Source: Acidobacteriota bacterium
Lineage (GTDB): Bacteria; Acidobacteriota; UBA6911
DNA length: 64,000 nt
Reading direction: 5' to 3'
NCBI GenBank assembly: GCA_963664705.1
Contig: OY761556.1
Span: 2,464,001 to 2,528,000 of the forward strand
The position numbers and the translations under genes are program-made. Shown piece by piece: positions 19,387-29,900 of the stretch. The notes beneath the pieces are model-generated. The model was given only the letters and a program-made list of their open reading frames with translations, did no database searches and was not told the DNA's origin. The first letter of the stretch is position 1; every line of letters starts with the position of its first letter.

Positions 19387-21101
19387 GACAAATCCTTCAT
19401 CTCAACTGCGTTTCTAGGACAAGCCGTTGCACACGTTCCGCACCCTTTGCAATGCTGGTCGTCGATAGTTCGCGTGCATTGCTCCACATCAACGGTAATC
19501 ACACCTTCCGGACAGTAGTAATAGCAATTGAGACACGCATTACACCGCCCGCAGGAATAGCACCGTGATGCAGACAGAAGCGCGGTCTTCGCATCCGCAC
19601 TCAGGTTTACTTCTGAGAATGTCTGTATTCGCTTTTTGTGGCTGAGTTTTTTATGTTTCAGTCTTTCCGATTGTTCGAAATAGAGCGTGCGGATGGCTTC
19701 GAGCAAAACCACTGATTCGGTTTCCGGCCACACTCCGCTTTCCCTGGCACTCAAATAAGTTTTCATTGAAAGCGATCCTTTGTTGCCTACAGCAACGCGG
19801 GATAACGTCATTGGATCATGAATTCCGCGGAACGCAAGATCCATTGAGATTGCCGCTCTTTTTGCAGACGCAATCGCATTCACGATCGTTCTCGGCTGAC
19901 GCGCGGCATCGCCACCGGCAAAAACGCCGGATCCGGGTACAGGTTCGATCAGTCCCTTTTTTATCAGTTTCTCAGGCACCCATGAAACATCGACCAGTTC
20001 TCCAACTGCAGTGATCAGGCTGTCGGTCTCAATGGTGGTAAATTCCCCTGCCTTTGGCATCGCGGCCGATCGGCCGCTTTCATCCGGGGCGCCCAATTCC
20101 ATCTGCTGAAAGACTACCGCAAGACGCCCATTCATGCGCCTGACCGAAACCGGCTGAAGGAGGAATTTGAATTCAACCCTTTCCTCTTCCGCTTCCCGTA
20201 TTTCATCAGGAATAGCAGGCATTGCCTCTCGCGTCCTTCGATACGCAATGGTCACATTCGAACCAAGGCGGCGCGCGGACCTGGCAACATCCATCGCCGT
20301 ATTTCCGCCACCAATGACCAGCGTCTCAGAGCCAAGCGCGACCTTGTTTTCGGAGTTCAGAGCCTCCAGGAATTCTCCCCCATTCCATATGCCGGCAAGA
20401 TCCTCTGATTCGAACGAGAGAAGTGCATTCAGAGATGCTCCGGGTGAAAGGAAAACAGCGTCATAGGAATCCAAAGCGTCAAATGTTATATCGCGCCCAA
20501 CCTTGCAGTCTGTCCGCAGTTCAATCGGCAGTTTCAGGATCCGACGGATTTCCCTATTTAAAACCGCTTTGGGCAGCCTGAACTCCGGGATCCCCCATCG
20601 CATGACGCCGCCCGCAGCTTCCTTCCCCTCAAATACGGTCGGACGATGTCCGAGAAGAGCAAGAAAGTAGGCGCAGGAGAGACCCGCGGGGCCGGCTCCG
20701 ACGATTGCAATTTTTTTAGGTTCTTTTGCGGGTATAGGCTGCGGCGTAGGGTAAGTCCCGGCCCGCAGACCGGAGACAAAGCGTTCGAGCATCTGAATCG
20801 AAACCGACTCGTCCAGATGCGCCCGGTTGCATCCGCCTTCGCACGGATGGAAGCACACTCTGCCACAGACTCCGGGGAATGGGTTCTCCACAAGAATCGT
20901 GGACATCGCCTCGGCGTATTTCCCCCTATCCGCCAGTTGTACAAACAAGGCAATGTCTGTCCCTGCCGGACATGCCTCCTGGCACGGAGGGACCAGGTGC
21001 TGCGTCCTGGGTTTCAGCGTGCTCCATTTCCCTGTATCTATTGTCTCCGTGCTGCCGTAGGAGATGGGGATGACAAACTCTTTTGATTCCTTACTGCCCA
21101 T
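19383..21101 (-). CDS. PorD-like ferredoxin subunit containing a GltD-like FAD/NADP(H) oxidoreductase module
   Basis: TGKWSTLKP, PCQEACP, CGRVCFHPCEGGC, GAGPAG, GGGNTAMD, YRR, and C-terminal CNACLNCYYYCP and CKGCGTCATACP. Confidence 0.88.
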   Translation of the reverse strand: MGSKESKEFVIPISYGSTETIDTGKWSTLKPRTQHLVPPCQEACPAGTDIALFVQLADRGKYAEAMSTILVENPFPGVCGRVCFHPCEGGCNRAHLDESVSIQMLERFVSGLRAGTYPTPQPIPAKEPKKIAIVGAGPAGLSCAYFLALLGHRPTVFEGKEAAGGVMRWGIPEFRLPKAVLNREIRRILKLPIELRTDCKVGRDITFDALDSYDAVFLSPGASLNALLSFESEDLAGIWNGGEFLEALNSENKVALGSETLVIGGGNTAMDVARSARRLGSNVTIAYRRTREAMPAIPDEIREAEEERVEFKFLLQPVSVRRMNGRLAVVFQQMELGAPDESGRSAAMPKAGEFTTIETDSLITAVGELVDVSWVPEKLIKKGLIEPVPGSGVFAGGDAARQPRTIVNAIASAKRAAISMDLAFRGIHDPMTLSRVAVGNKGSLSMKTYLSARESGVWPETESVVLLEAIRTLYFEQSERLKHKKLSHKKRIQTFSEVNLSADAKTALLSASRCYSCGRCNACLNCYYYCPEGVITVDVEQCTRTIDDQHCKGCGTCATACPRNAVEMKDLS

Positions 21102-21658
21102 CAGACTGTCTCCTCCGGCTCGAATATTGTGATCGTCTCATAGGCACGCTCGACGGCCTGTACATTGACATCAACCTTCGATGGTACCATCTTTCTGACG
21201 GCAGCAATCAGAGTATCCAGGTTTATCAGGCCCGTCAGCCGAGCATAGGCGCCCAGCATCGCGGTATTGAAGTTATCTCCAAGTCCGGCATTCTTGGCAA
21301 TGCCGCTCGCATCGACCAATCCGATTTTGAATGCCCGGAGCGCGGGAAAATGCTCGATTCCGGATCTTGAGTTAATCAGGATGGATCCGCCCGGCTTGAT
21401 TTCCCTCAGTATTTCTTTTTCATCCGCAAGAGACAAATCAAAGACAACAATATGATCCGGATTCTTAATCTGGCATTTCAGCAGTATTGGCTGTTCGTCT
21501 ATGCGCAAAAAACCGAATACGGGAGCTCCCCTGCGCTCTCCCCCAAAAAGGGAGAAAGCCTGGGGATATTTTCCTTCCAGAAAAAAGGATCTTCCCAGAA
21601 TCTCGGCGGCGGTGACGGCTCCCTGACCGCCCCTCCCCTGGAATTTTACTTCAATCAT
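21101..21658 (-). CDS. porC: 2-oxoacid oxidoreductase gamma subunit
   Basis: GRGGQGAVT, FGGERRGAP and NTAMLGA. Confidence 0.92.
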   Translation of the reverse strand: MIEVKFQGRGGQGAVTAAEILGRSFFLEGKYPQAFSLFGGERRGAPVFGFLRIDEQPILLKCQIKNPDHIVVFDLSLADEKEILREIKPGGSILINSRSGIEHFPALRAFKIGLVDASGIAKNAGLGDNFNTAMLGAYARLTGLINLDTLIAAVRKMVPSKVDVNVQAVERAYETITIFEPEETV

Positions 21659-21865
21659 GCGGCATACCCCTTTATCGAGGCTTCGAGTTTAACCTGAAGT
21701 TGCGGAAGAAGCCAGAATTCAGAGTCCTGAATTTGCCTCGATACGCCAGCACAGGGTGTCTCCGCATTCATATGCTCTTCTGGCGATTTCTTCCTCGCCA
21801 GAATTCCAGAGCTCGAAGCCCTTTGAACGCTTCGAGCCCTGCAGTCTCTGAGATTGAACGCGAAT

Positions 21866-24253
21866 CTATTGGTAGGCGGGGTGGATGCTCCCATCCTGAA
21901 GTTGCCAATGCGGGAGCCATACCAATGCAACCATCCGGACTGCTATGTCCGCTTTTTTCGGTCGTTGCGAGGCGATCTCTATTTTCTGCGTTTGCGGATC
22001 GGTTGTGCCTTCAAGAACCTGAATCTCACTATTCAGTTCCGCCTCAAGATCCGCCTTCTGCTGCTGGAGGGCGTCAAGATTCTCGGAAGCAGCGGCGACA
22101 TCCGATTTTTCCTTGGCGGTGCGCATGCCGCTGCGTATGGTTCCGGAAGCTCTGCTGATATTTCCAGCGGAGAATGTCTTTCGCCCCATGAAAGCTCCCA
22201 GCAAGGTAGCGCCCAGAGACATGGCAGTCTGGACTCCGACCTGGCGCACATCGGACTTTTCTTTCTCAATGCGCTGTTCGGCTCGTCGGATTCGATCCTC
22301 CAGCATGGAGATTTTGGGTCCGTACTTGCGCCGGAGCGCCTCAACCGATTGATCCCGCTTCTCCCTCGCCACCTGGCTCACTCGTATGCGGAAATCTCCC
22401 TCGGATTCTCCCGGGTTTGAACTGAGTTTAAAATCCAGGCTGCGGAAACTCTGGATCTCCGAAGTCCGGTAAATGAAGCTGGCAAAATCCCGTTCCCACG
22501 CCTTGTAGTTTTGAGGCTTGCAGGCGGAGGATGGCAGTTGCACAAAGCTTCCCGTAACAGACGGCTCCTTTTCCATCTCCCTTTCATCAAAGTCGCCCGG
22601 TTTCGATTCATCCCACGATAGAGATATCTCTCCCGGGTCCGCAAGAAAGGAATGCCGTTTATTTTCCACGCCGCGATAGCTGACATCCGCCATACCGCAA
22701 ATCGCGGGTCTATATAGGGGCTGTGCCCCAGCCGGTTGTGAACCACGAAGAGGGAAAAAGTATTGGACTATCTGCGGCGGGAGACTTGGCCGATCCCCAA
22801 GGCCGGATGCGGCGATAACAGGCCTTGGCGGCGGAACTTCCGCCGGAGTCACGGTTTTCTTCGCCGAGCTCAGCATTTTGGTCTGAGCCAGAGTCAACGG
22901 TCCCCGCAGATAGGACAGACACCATCGTGTCTTAAATACTTCGGGAGCATTCTCGTGAATATTCTTCATTAGAAAAACACCTTTGCCCAGAGCGGACAAT
23001 GCGGTGCGCAGATCCGTTTGCGCATCGAGGAAGCCTGATCCCAGCCCTTGCGCCAGGCGATCGATGTCCTGCGCAGTCTGCATCTTCCCCAAAAACCAGG
23101 TCCCAGCGTTGGACAACGCTTTGTAATCAAGATCGACGGGGTTTTGAGTGGCAAGCAGCAGCCCGACTCCAAAGGCCCGTGCCTGTTTGAACAACAGAAG
23201 CAGCGGTTTCTTTGAAGGGGGGTTGGCGACTGGAGGCACATAGCCGGCAACCTCATCCATATAAACAAGCGCACGCAGGCTGGTCGTTCCGGGTTGAGCC
23301 CTCATCCACGCAACCACCTGGTTCAGCAGCAATGTGACGAAGAACATCCGTTCCGCATCGGAAAGATGCGCAATGCTGAAAATCGAAATCCTGGGCTTCC
23401 CTTCCGGCGCATATAAAAGTCTGGCAATGTCCAAGGGTTCCCCCTCAAGCCAGGAACCGAATCCAGGGGCAGCCAGGAGATTATTCAGCTTTAAAGCAAG
23501 CTCAAAGCGCTCCTTTGCCGGAAAGAATGAATCCAGATCGAAAGCTCCGACCCTCTCGAACGGAGGCGTTTGTATCGAGCGGATCAGGATGCCGAGATCG
23601 ACATTTTTCCCATCCCTCCAGTATTGCTGGATCACATTGGAAATGAGAATATGCTCGCGGCTGCTGATCGGATCCGCAGCAATTCCAACCAGACCGAGCA
23701 GTCCTGTCGTAGCCGCGGAAATCAAGTCGGCTACAGCCTCGCGATCTTCCAGCAGGGCAGCCGAAGGACAGGCAAAGCTGTTCATTACGGATATGGGCAT
23801 CCCGGCGGAGCTTCCCGGCGTATAGATGGTAAAATCGGCAGATTCTCGCAGCTTGAGAACTCGGCTTCCATCCTGCCCTGAATCCAAAAGCCCTTTCTTC
23901 CATAACTCCGCCTGAATTGCAGCATATTGCTCAGGGGTTTGATTGGCGCGCACGGCATCGTCGCTGTTGACCCAGGGCAAAAATTCGGCGGCACTGAGGT
24001 TGGGAAAATTCAGGAGCAGATTCCCCATATCTCCCTTGGGATCGATGACCAGCGCGGGAATTCTGTCTATCGCCGCTTCCTCCAGAATTCCAATGCCGAG
24101 ACCAGTCTTGCCACTGCCCGTCATCCCGACACAGACTCCATGGGTTACAAGATCTTTGGAGTCGTACATGACAAGATCATCCTCCACCCGACCGGAGGAT
24201 AGGTTGTATCGCTTTCCCAGGTAGAACTGACCCAGCTTTTCAAAGTCCTGCAT
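21866..24253 (-). CDS. HerA/FtsK-superfamily ATPase with C-terminal coiled coil
   Basis: Walker A GMTGSGKT, IDPKGD, Walker B VYMDE, KQARAFGVG and ATQNP. Confidence 0.85.
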   Translation of the reverse strand: MQDFEKLGQFYLGKRYNLSSGRVEDDLVMYDSKDLVTHGVCVGMTGSGKTGLGIGILEEAAIDRIPALVIDPKGDMGNLLLNFPNLSAAEFLPWVNSDDAVRANQTPEQYAAIQAELWKKGLLDSGQDGSRVLKLRESADFTIYTPGSSAGMPISVMNSFACPSAALLEDREAVADLISAATTGLLGLVGIAADPISSREHILISNVIQQYWRDGKNVDLGILIRSIQTPPFERVGAFDLDSFFPAKERFELALKLNNLLAAPGFGSWLEGEPLDIARLLYAPEGKPRISIFSIAHLSDAERMFFVTLLLNQVVAWMRAQPGTTSLRALVYMDEVAGYVPPVANPPSKKPLLLLFKQARAFGVGLLLATQNPVDLDYKALSNAGTWFLGKMQTAQDIDRLAQGLGSGFLDAQTDLRTALSALGKGVFLMKNIHENAPEVFKTRWCLSYLRGPLTLAQTKMLSSAKKTVTPAEVPPPRPVIAASGLGDRPSLPPQIVQYFFPLRGSQPAGAQPLYRPAICGMADVSYRGVENKRHSFLADPGEISLSWDESKPGDFDEREMEKEPSVTGSFVQLPSSACKPQNYKAWERDFASFIYRTSEIQSFRSLDFKLSSNPGESEGDFRIRVSQVAREKRDQSVEALRRKYGPKISMLEDRIRRAEQRIEKEKSDVRQVGVQTAMSLGATLLGAFMGRKTFSAGNISRASGTIRSGMRTAKEKSDVAAASENLDALQQQKADLEAELNSEIQVLEGTTDPQTQKIEIASQRPKKADIAVRMVALVWLPHWQLQDGSIHPAYQ

Positions 24254-24429
24254 ACGATCACTCCCGCTCTGATGTTTATGATGCTATTGTACACATCCCA
24301 TGATTATTTCGTGCAACTTCGATCCTGTTTTTTCTCCGGGTATTATGAATTCCTTTCCTGGATGGCAACGGTTCTTTCAGCGCAGCCGGCATTTTCTGCT
24401 AGAATCTGTCGGCAAATAAAGAGGAGCGT

Positions 24430-26187
24430 ATGCAGCCGGCCAATATCCGCAATTACTTGGATAGTCTGAAAAGGGAGAACGAACTTCGAATCATTGATGT
24501 GCCGGTCGACCCTTGTCTCGAATTGGCGGAAATCCAAAGACGCATCGTTGCGCAACAGGGCCCCGCGCTACTTTTTACGAACGTCAAAGGGACCGAATTT
24601 CCCGTTGCCACCAATCTTTTCGGAACTCGCCGCCGCCTTGACCTGGCATTCGGCAAGGAGCCCTATCGCTTTTTCAGGAGAGTGGCGGAAGCCATCGAAA
24701 CCATTGTCGCCCCATCGGCTTCCGCGCTCTGGAAATATCGAGACCTGGCAAAATCCGCTCTCAAACTGGGCACGGTCCGGCGCAGTTCCGGTCCGGTTCT
24801 CGCAAACGTCATGCGCCCGGCCCGCCTGAAGGAACTGCCCCAGATAAAAAGCTGGCCGATGGACGGGGGGCCATTCCTGACTCTTCCGCTTGCGTATTCG
24901 GAGCACCCATTGTCCGGAAAACCGAACCTGGGTATGTACCGGAATCAGATTTTTGACAACACTACCGCGGGAATGCACTTCCAGGTTCAACGAGGAATGG
25001 GCTTTCACTATTTTGAAGCCGAGAAATTGCGCCAACCACTCCCGGTAAATATTTTTTTGGGCGGCCCGCCCTCCCTGATTGTTTCGGCAATCGCGCCTCT
25101 GCCCGAAAATATACCGGAGGCCGTGCTCGCTTCCCTGTTGCAGGGAGGCAAACTGGAACTGATTCACAAGCCGGCCCTCAGCAAACTCCCGATATTCGCC
25201 GAGGCGGAATTCGCCTTGATAGGACAGGTAGCCCCCGAGGCACGTCGCATGGAAGGCCCCTTCGGAGATCATTATGGATATTATGCCCTTGCGCACCCAT
25301 TCCCGTTTATCGAGATAGAAAAGATCTATCACAGGAAAGATGCCATTTTCCCGGCGACTGTCGTCGGAAGACCTCGGCAGGAGGACCACTATATTGGCGA
25401 GTATTTGCAGGAGCTCTTCTCTCCCCTTTACCCATTGGTCATGAACGGCGTTCGCGCGGTCTGGGCTTTTGATGACGCGGGAGTTCATCCGTTGGCGGGA
25501 GCAGTGGTTCGGGATCGCTACCCAAAGGAAGCGTTCATGGCCGGGATGCGAATCCTCGGAGAAGGTCAGCTTTCCTTGACCAAGTTTCTGATGCTTACCG
25601 ATGAAGATATCCCGCTGCAGGATTTCCGACGCTTGCTGATCCACATTCTGGAACGGGCGGATTTTGCTACAGATCTCTTTGTTTTCTCCCCCGTTTCACA
25701 GGACACATTGGATTATACAAGCGGCAGGATGAACGAAGGCAGCAAGGCTCTCCTGATGGGCCTGGGCGACAAGCGATTCGAGCTGCAAGCCGAGCCTTGC
25801 GCCGAATTGAGAAATCCGCTCTTCCGCCAACAGCGGGTATTCGCGCCTGGGGTTCTGGTCGTTGAAGGACCCGCCTGGCAAGATCAGGACTCCGTTGTGC
25901 AACAGCTGCTTGCAGAAAAGGCTGTGCAGCCATTTCGCCTTATCTGTCTGGTAGACAATGCGTCCGAATGCGTCCGGGATGATCCCTCATTTCTCTGGAC
26001 GGTCTTTACCCGATTTGAGCCAGCTGCGGATATCCATGCCCGGGAATCCAAGCTGGAGCGGTTTCATGTCCGGCTTTCGGCTCCCGTTGTATTCGACTGC
26101 CGGATGAAGCCATGGTATCCCTCACCGGTAGAGCCGCTGCCGGAAACGGTGGCCCGTGTCGATGCGCTGTGGCCATCTTTGTTTTGA
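24430..26187 (+). CDS. ubiD: UbiD-family prFMN-dependent decarboxylase
   Basis: GPALLF, NLGMYR, EGPFGDHYGYY and GRPRQED. Confidence 0.9.
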   Translation: MQPANIRNYLDSLKRENELRIIDVPVDPCLELAEIQRRIVAQQGPALLFTNVKGTEFPVATNLFGTRRRLDLAFGKEPYRFFRRVAEAIETIVAPSASALWKYRDLAKSALKLGTVRRSSGPVLANVMRPARLKELPQIKSWPMDGGPFLTLPLAYSEHPLSGKPNLGMYRNQIFDNTTAGMHFQVQRGMGFHYFEAEKLRQPLPVNIFLGGPPSLIVSAIAPLPENIPEAVLASLLQGGKLELIHKPALSKLPIFAEAEFALIGQVAPEARRMEGPFGDHYGYYALAHPFPFIEIEKIYHRKDAIFPATVVGRPRQEDHYIGEYLQELFSPLYPLVMNGVRAVWAFDDAGVHPLAGAVVRDRYPKEAFMAGMRILGEGQLSLTKFLMLTDEDIPLQDFRRLLIHILERADFATDLFVFSPVSQDTLDYTSGRMNEGSKALLMGLGDKRFELQAEPCAELRNPLFRQQRVFAPGVLVVEGPAWQDQDSVVQQLLAEKAVQPFRLICLVDNASECVRDDPSFLWTVFTRFEPAADIHARESKLERFHVRLSAPVVFDCRMKPWYPSPVEPLPETVARVDALWPSLF

Positions 26188-26437
26188 TGCCAGCCCCCAA
26201 GCAGCCGCGGCAAAACTTCTTCACGAATGGGCTGCTTTGACCATTCCCCTTGGTTCCCCAAGAGGCGATTTTCCGCATCCCCTGAACCAAACAATCTGGC
26301 GAAATAGCCGGACCAAAATTCATAAGTATCCTAAAATTAGCGACTTATCCGCTAAACCTTTTCCCGGGATCGGCCGATCATTAGATCGGCTTTTAATCTT
26401 TTCTATTGGTACGAAAACTGATAGGTGGGAATACGAT

Positions 26438-26953
26438 ATGCGAGTGAAGAAAAGGGTCTTGGATTCAGAACGAAGGAGATGGCCCAGGCTTAAGCCCTCG
26501 GCTGTACCGTTTCTGAAGTCGGTAACTCTAAGCCAGGGTGCCGAAGTGCAGGCCATTGACATCTCTCGAGGCGGGATGCTGATCGAAACCGAGGTACGGC
26601 TTCGCCCTCAGATGAAGATTTTCCTGCGGCTTGTAACCGTTGATGGGATTATCAAACTTGAGGGATCCGTGGTCCGCTCATCCATCACATCTCTCACCGG
26701 CGCGCCGAAGTATCAGTCCGCGATATCCTTCGAGCATCCTTTTCATATGTTGGATGATATTTCCGAAGAGCCCGCGGCGATGCCGGTATCCGAACCGTTG
26801 CCTGAAGCCGAACTACCTCAGTTGCCCATCGAGCATTCATCGTTTCAGCCAATCTGGGGCCAGTTCGATGAAGATTCTTCAGTGATGACTTTCATAACTC
26901 CGGAACCGCAGGTAACCGATATACGGGACCGACTTAAAACCAATGACTGGTAA
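26438..26953 (+). CDS. PilZ-domain protein with acidic/Pro-rich C-terminal tail
   Basis: RRWPR (RxxxR) and DISRGG (DxSxxG) c-di-GMP-binding motifs. Start placed at ATG 26438. Confidence 0.82.
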   Translation: MRVKKRVLDSERRRWPRLKPSAVPFLKSVTLSQGAEVQAIDISRGGMLIETEVRLRPQMKIFLRLVTVDGIIKLEGSVVRSSITSLTGAPKYQSAISFEHPFHMLDDISEEPAAMPVSEPLPEAELPQLPIEHSSFQPIWGQFDEDSSVMTFITPEPQVTDIRDRLKTNDW

Positions 26954-26983
26954 CTCCTGGCCGCGCTACAGGCGTCCTTTATT

Positions 26984-29900
26984 ATGAATATTGTCTTTAT
27001 CAGCAATGATGCCCGTGATGCAGACTTCTTCAAACACGAATTGGAGAAGTCCGGGGCTCCCATTCATGTTGAACTCTCACCCAGCGTCTTGGATGCAATG
27101 GTACGCATTGGGAATGGGGGCAACTATGATGTCGTCGTTCTGGATACATCCCTCTCGACGACGGATGCGGTTAGCCTGGTCTCCTTTATCCGGCAGGAAA
27201 AGAAGCAGCTATCCATCATTGCTCTGACCGCCAGTGATAGCCAAACCGTGCCGGCTGAACTGCAAAATGCGGGGATCGATCAGGTCATTACCAAGCGACC
27301 CGGGTATACGGTTCAATTCCCTGAAATCCTGCAACATTTGCACCAGCCTCAGCAAGGCGAGAGCGCTTCCCGCCGCAGACAGGTGCAACTGCTGTATGCA
27401 GGAAAATTTGAAATTGCCCAGCGATACCTGTCCAATGTCACCCAACTAAAACTGGAACCCGCTCCTATCGCGCCCGATGGAACCTGGCAGATTTCCGAAA
27501 ATTCCGCGACTCCCACGGCAGACGCCTTGGTCCTGGATTTAGGGCTGACGGCCGCACAGGCACTCAAGGCTGTCAAAGATTCCGTTCAGCGGCTGCAGGA
27601 CGTACCTGTCATCCTGTTGACTATTCCCGGCGATGATGACACCGCATTGCATGCCATTAGAGCCGGAGCCGCCGATTGCATTGAAAAGTCGGGAAATTTC
27701 TTTCATCGTCTCCTGCTGGTGCTTCAACGCGAAATCGGCCGCCGGGAGTTGGCCCGGGAGCGAGCAACCCTTCGTGCCCGCGAGGAACGCCTGCGATTGA
27801 TCGTCGAAACGCTGCCGACCGGCGTCACCGTGATTGCTCCCGATGGCTCCATACTCGCGATGAACAATGTCGGGCTCCAAACGGTCAGCGCCCTCAATCT
27901 CGATCAAATCATTGGCAAGAGTCTTGCGGACCTTACTCCCGCAGCAGTGCATCAGGAGATCCTTTCCTTTGTAGCCGCGGTTTGTAGCGGCAAATCAGGA
28001 TCGTTCAAAACGGACCTGCACAGTCTTGATGGTTCGACGCGCCCGGTCGAATTGCGCGCAGTTCCAATGAAAAGAGACGGGAGCGGATCCACTGCAGCAC
28101 TTGTCGTCCTGCATATGGGCGGCGACGCTGCGGCACAACAGCTCGCTCTTCAGCAGACCGCCAAACTGGAAACGGCTGCAAAGGAGCACACAGCCAGAAT
28201 TCGCGAACTGGAAGACGACCTGCAGCGGCGGCAGTCCGAATGGGAATCGGATTTGAAGGCCGCGGATGCGCGGCGCATTGTGGTCGAAGCCGAAAAGGAA
28301 ACACTGCGGTTATCCGTCGAACAAGCTGCCGGCCGCTACACTCAGCTTCTTGCCGAACAGCAGATTGAGCGCAACAACTGGGAAGAACTGCGCCAGGAAC
28401 TCCAGGAACAGTACTCCAAAATTGAGGAAGTCGCGCAGTCGCTTCGATCCGAACAGTCCAGTCTTCAGGAAACACATCGCGTTGGACTCGAAGAATGGAC
28501 ACGGCAGAGAAACGAATTTGATGAAAAGCAGAAGGCGGCGGAACAACAGGCTTCGGATCTTTCGCTTCAACTCGAGCGCGAGCGCTCAGAATGGGCTCAC
28601 CAGCGACAGGAACTGGAACAGCAATGCACCGACAATGAAGGCAGAAGATCGCAGCTGGAATCTTCGCTCCGAAGCGTTGAGTCTAACCTGGCTCAGATTT
28701 TGGAGCAGAACAGACAGGAATTATCTGGAAGGGATGCTGTATTCCAGGAACTGGAACACAAATGCCATGCCGCGGAGGAACGGTGCCAAGAGCTGCAGGC
28801 TGCGGCCCAAAGTCACCAGTCCAGGGTTGCACAACTAACCGATGCCCACTCCGCCGAAATAGGATTGCGCAACTCCGCCTATTCCGATCTCGAGCGCAGG
28901 CTCCGGGAGGCAGAGGAACTCGTTGAAGCAAAGGATTCCGCCTGTATAGCTGCGGAATCACAGCTCGCGCAACTGACGGAAAGTCACGCCCGGGAAATTT
29001 CCGCCCTTGAGGACAAATACCGGTCGGCCGAAGACCGGCTCGCTTCCCAGGAGTCGACCCGGATTGAAATGGCATCCAAATTTGCACAGCTGGATGACGA
29101 GCACCACCGCAACCTCGAGGCAAAGGAATCGGAGCATCGTGAACTTCTGTCAAAACTCCAGATTTCGGAACAGCAGAACTCTGCGCTGGAATCGGCCCTG
29201 CGCAATGCCGACACAGGCGTCGCACATCTGACCGAGAAGCACAGTGCTGAAATATCGGAACTCACGTCCGCAAGGCAACAGCTTGAACAAAAGCTTCAGA
29301 ACGCGGAAGCGCAGAAGGTTCTGCTCGAATCAGCTTTGCGGCGCATTGAATCGAACCTGACGGAATTGGCTCAAATCCACACGCTTGAATCGGCGCAGCA
29401 GGCTCAGGCACAACAGGAGCTCGAGTCGCGATGCGCTGCTATGCAGACCGCATTGCGGGAAGCCGAATCCGGATTTGCGCTGCAAAAGGATGTTTATGAA
29501 AAACAGCTTGCGAGCCGCGAAATTGAGCTGAAATCCTTTGAGCAACAATGCGGCGCTCTCCAGAATGAGACCACCGCCTTAAAAACGGCTCTGCACGATG
29601 CAGAATCCCGTCTTGGACAGGCGACACAAGCACAGAAATACGAAAGCGACCGTCGCGATGCATCCCATAGAGATCTGGTACAGCTCTGCCAGGATCTCAA
29701 GGCTCAAGTAGCCGCGCTTCAGACAGCACTTGGCGATGCTCAAATGGCTCTGACGAGGCAGGCGGAGTCCCACGCAACCGAGATCTCACGCCAGATGGCA
29801 ATAGCCCAGGAACTGGAAAGCAAAGTCGAGGTTGCCGGATCGCGGACTCTTGATCTCCAAAACGAGCTCAACCAAAAACAATCCGAGTACTCGGAACGCG

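Noticed and set aside
21866-24253. HerA-based anti-phage system
   Set aside because: No effector gene (Sir2, nuclease, DUF4297) is adjacent and the context is metabolic.
24568-25644. 358-aa minus-strand ORF (likewise 55081-56112 and 57085-57882)
   Set aside because: Each lies antisense to a well-supported gene and has no recognisable motifs.
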